Below are positions 61,892 to 64,000 of a stretch of DNA of 64,000 nt, piece by piece. Position numbers and translations under genes: made by a program. The notes below the pieces were generated by a model that saw only the letters and a list, made by a program, of their open reading frames with translations, ran no database searches and was not told where the DNA came from. Source of the stretch: Paraphysomonas bandaiensis (Eukaryota > Protista > Chrysophyceae). Position 1 is the first letter of the stretch; each line of letters begins with the position of its first letter. The stretch is taken from the NCBI GenBank assembly GCA_965644295.1, contig CBFFRP010000346.1, positions 35,221 through 99,220 on the forward strand. Direction: 5' to 3'.

Positions 61892-64000
61892 ATGGATGGG
61901 GAGAGGATTGTGTTTAGATTATCTAAAGCACTATGGAATGAGTGTAAAGAAAGAGAGGCGAAAAATATTGAAAAACTTGAAGCTAAAACTGATGAATATT
62001 GTCGCCATAAACTCATGCTAGACCATTCTCTCACCGTTGATCCCTCTGCGTGTTCACGGTGTGGTATATCGAAGACATGTAATCGATGTAGATCAATTCA
62101 TTATGGAGAAGATACATCTGAAGGGAAATCTAATGTCTCGGCTAAGAGGGGTAGGAAAAGACGACTTTCTGACGATAAATTAACGTTTCAGTCTCTTTTA
62201 CCTTTTCTCTTAAAGACTAGAGATAAGTTTCCTCCTGAGACTCTTCAATCTCCAGTTATTTCACAAGAGTATGAGCATTATGTCGGGGCGATTCCATCAC
62301 TTTCTTACGGCGACTTGTTGAACCACCTTATATCTGTCAGGGTGGAGTATGTACAGCGCTATATGCGTCCAATAGTTCAGAAATTGATGAGTCACAACAG
62401 GAATGGGGATGTGTATAACCACCCGGTTGATCCAGTTGCTCTAGGCCTCGTTGATTACTTTAAAGTAATTCCGAATCCAATGGATTTAGGTACAGTAAAA
62501 ACGAGGCTGCTTCAAGGTTACTATCACACAATTGAGTCGTGCGCAGACGACATAAGCCTAGTGTTTCGCAATGCAACTGTATATAATCATCCCGACCACA
62601 TTGTACATCAGTGTGCAAAACAACTAAACAATGAATTTCAAGAAGATCTGAAATCGTTGAGGGAACGCTTGAACAAAGAAGAGGAACGCAAAGCTCACCA
62701 TACTTGCGGTACATGTTTGGGTTCCAGTTGTGTTTTGTGCGGTGAAAAGTGTCTGAAATTTGAGCCAGCAATCCTTGTCTGTTATGGTACCTGTAGCCAA
62801 CGAATAAAGCGCAACGCGACGTACTATGTAGCACTTGACGGCGCGATGCTGTGGTGCCAAAAGTGCTACACTGGGTCTGGTCCGGTAATGGTTGAGTCTG
62901 CTGGGCCGGAGCACAAACCTCTACTCAAAAAAGATCTTATTAAGCGCCGGTTCGATGAAGAAGTGGTGGAACCTTGGGTAGAATGCTCTACGTGTCTTAG
63001 GCGGGTGCATCAAGTTTGTGGACTGTATAACCGCCTGCATGATGAGAGCGAAGTGGAAGAAGCAGGTGGCAAAGGGAGAGCGTTCCAGTGTCCATTATGT
63101 AAGCTTGAGGCGATTGGAGCCACTCCGAATGCGCCGAGTGGACATGTGACGGAGGCCGGGGTGGTCAAGCGATTGCGAGCGGAGTCGGTTGAGGGACGAG
63201 GAGAACGTGTGCGTCGGCGGGCCAATCGGCAGGACTTGGAGGAAAGGAGACAAATAGACAGCACGCCTGTCACAGAAGTACAAACGGACTACGATCGCAG
63301 CTCAAGTGATGACTCAGAACATGAACAAACTTGTTTTGACGATGAAGAGGGAAGTGTGCCAGTTGTGAAGACCATTCCATCACAACATACTGGTGCGAGT
63401 GATACGTCTCACGAGGCCGATGGTGGTATGGAGGAGGATGACGAAGATGAGGTTAGGTCCCTCTCTTCTCTTGGACTGTCATCAGATGTTGAACCAGTTA
63501 GGGCCTGTGATCAGTGGCGGGCGTCAAGCCTTCCTCGGACTCGACTTAGCGACTTCCTTGAAGCTATGGTTGAAGAGAGACTGCGGCAGTGTGGAGAGAA
63601 GGATTTAATGGAATCTCTGACTATCCGCATGACATCCAACTGCATGCATAATTTCGAGGTCCCAGATGTCATCACTGACAACCTCCCAAACGCTCATGGC
63701 AATCGTGTGCAGCAGTACTTTATGTACAAGCAGAAATGTATCTTGTTGTTTCAACGAATTGATGGCATAGATGTGTGTCTTTTCTGTCTTTATGTGCAAG
63801 AATTTGACGAGCGATGTCCTGAGCCTAACAGGTCGAAAGTATACATTGCGTATCTTGACTCTGTGGAGTACTTCCGTCCACGATCGCTGCGCACGACGGT
63901 CTATCATGAGATCCTGGTGGCATATTTGAAGTGGTCACAGGCCCGTGGATTTAAACAGGGACATATATGGGCATGTCCCCCGCAGCGTGGAGACAATTTT
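61892..64000 (+). CDS. CBP/p300-family histone acetyltransferase (bromodomain, RING/PHD, KAT11), 5' part; runs off the window and is absent from the ORF track
   Basis: Open frame from ATG at 61892: HPVDPVALGLVDYFKVIPNPMDLGTVK; CGEKCLKFEP; WVECSTCLRRVHQVC; KCILLFQRIDGIDVCLF..YVQEF..VYIAYLDSVEYFRP..RTTVYHEIL..HIWACPP. Confidence 0.93.
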   Translation, partial: MDGERIVFRLSKALWNECKEREAKNIEKLEAKTDEYCRHKLMLDHSLTVDPSACSRCGISKTCNRCRSIHYGEDTSEGKSNVSAKRGRKRRLSDDKLTFQSLLPFLLKTRDKFPPETLQSPVISQEYEHYVGAIPSLSYGDLLNHLISVRVEYVQRYMRPIVQKLMSHNRNGDVYNHPVDPVALGLVDYFKVIPNPMDLGTVKTRLLQGYYHTIESCADDISLVFRNATVYNHPDHIVHQCAKQLNNEFQEDLKSLRERLNKEEERKAHHTCGTCLGSSCVLCGEKCLKFEPAILVCYGTCSQRIKRNATYYVALDGAMLWCQKCYTGSGPVMVESAGPEHKPLLKKDLIKRRFDEEVVEPWVECSTCLRRVHQVCGLYNRLHDESEVEEAGGKGRAFQCPLCKLEAIGATPNAPSGHVTEAGVVKRLRAESVEGRGERVRRRANRQDLEERRQIDSTPVTEVQTDYDRSSSDDSEHEQTCFDDEEGSVPVVKTIPSQHTGASDTSHEADGGMEEDDEDEVRSLSSLGLSSDVEPVRACDQWRASSLPRTRLSDFLEAMVEERLRQCGEKDLMESLTIRMTSNCMHNFEVPDVITDNLPNAHGNRVQQYFMYKQKCILLFQRIDGIDVCLFCLYVQEFDERCPEPNRSKVYIAYLDSVEYFRPRSLRTTVYHEILVAYLKWSQARGFKQGHIWACPPQRGDNF

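Noticed and set aside
1-64000. tRNA or rRNA genes
   Set aside because: No cloverleaf or rRNA signature recognised by eye; only the short tRNA-complementary PBS motifs

Overview
Compact eukaryotic genomic DNA with ~50-60 bp GT-AG introns; a stramenopile, chrysophyte-like host is inferred from gene and transposon style, not proven. Host genes in order: kanadaptin (3' part), Wee1-type kinase, KNTC1/ROD, an EST1/SMG5-7 family protein, an RIIa-like + guanylate kinase fusion, an ELAV-like RRM protein, aminoacylase-1, a CocE/NonD hydrolase, a multi-PH/PX formin, a FYVE-lipase-FYVE protein, and the 5' part of a CBP/p300 acetyltransferase. The intergenic DNA holds three notable structures. (1) Two different Ty1/copia elements whose TSD-defined LTRs both run 5'-TA...TT-3' rather than TG...CA. 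(2) A four-layer nest: copia gag remnant < hAT MITE < copia < 730-bp TIR element. (3) A 5.2-kb near-perfect palindrome (56098-61309) built from two inverted copies of a 2.54-kb unit. Each unit encodes a spliceable Crypton/tyrosine-recombinase-like protein with no recognisable catalytic domain, and one copy sits inside a PIF/Harbinger MITE. The palindrome is the best candidate for an undescribed system, possibly a Mu-killer-like hairpin or repressor locus.
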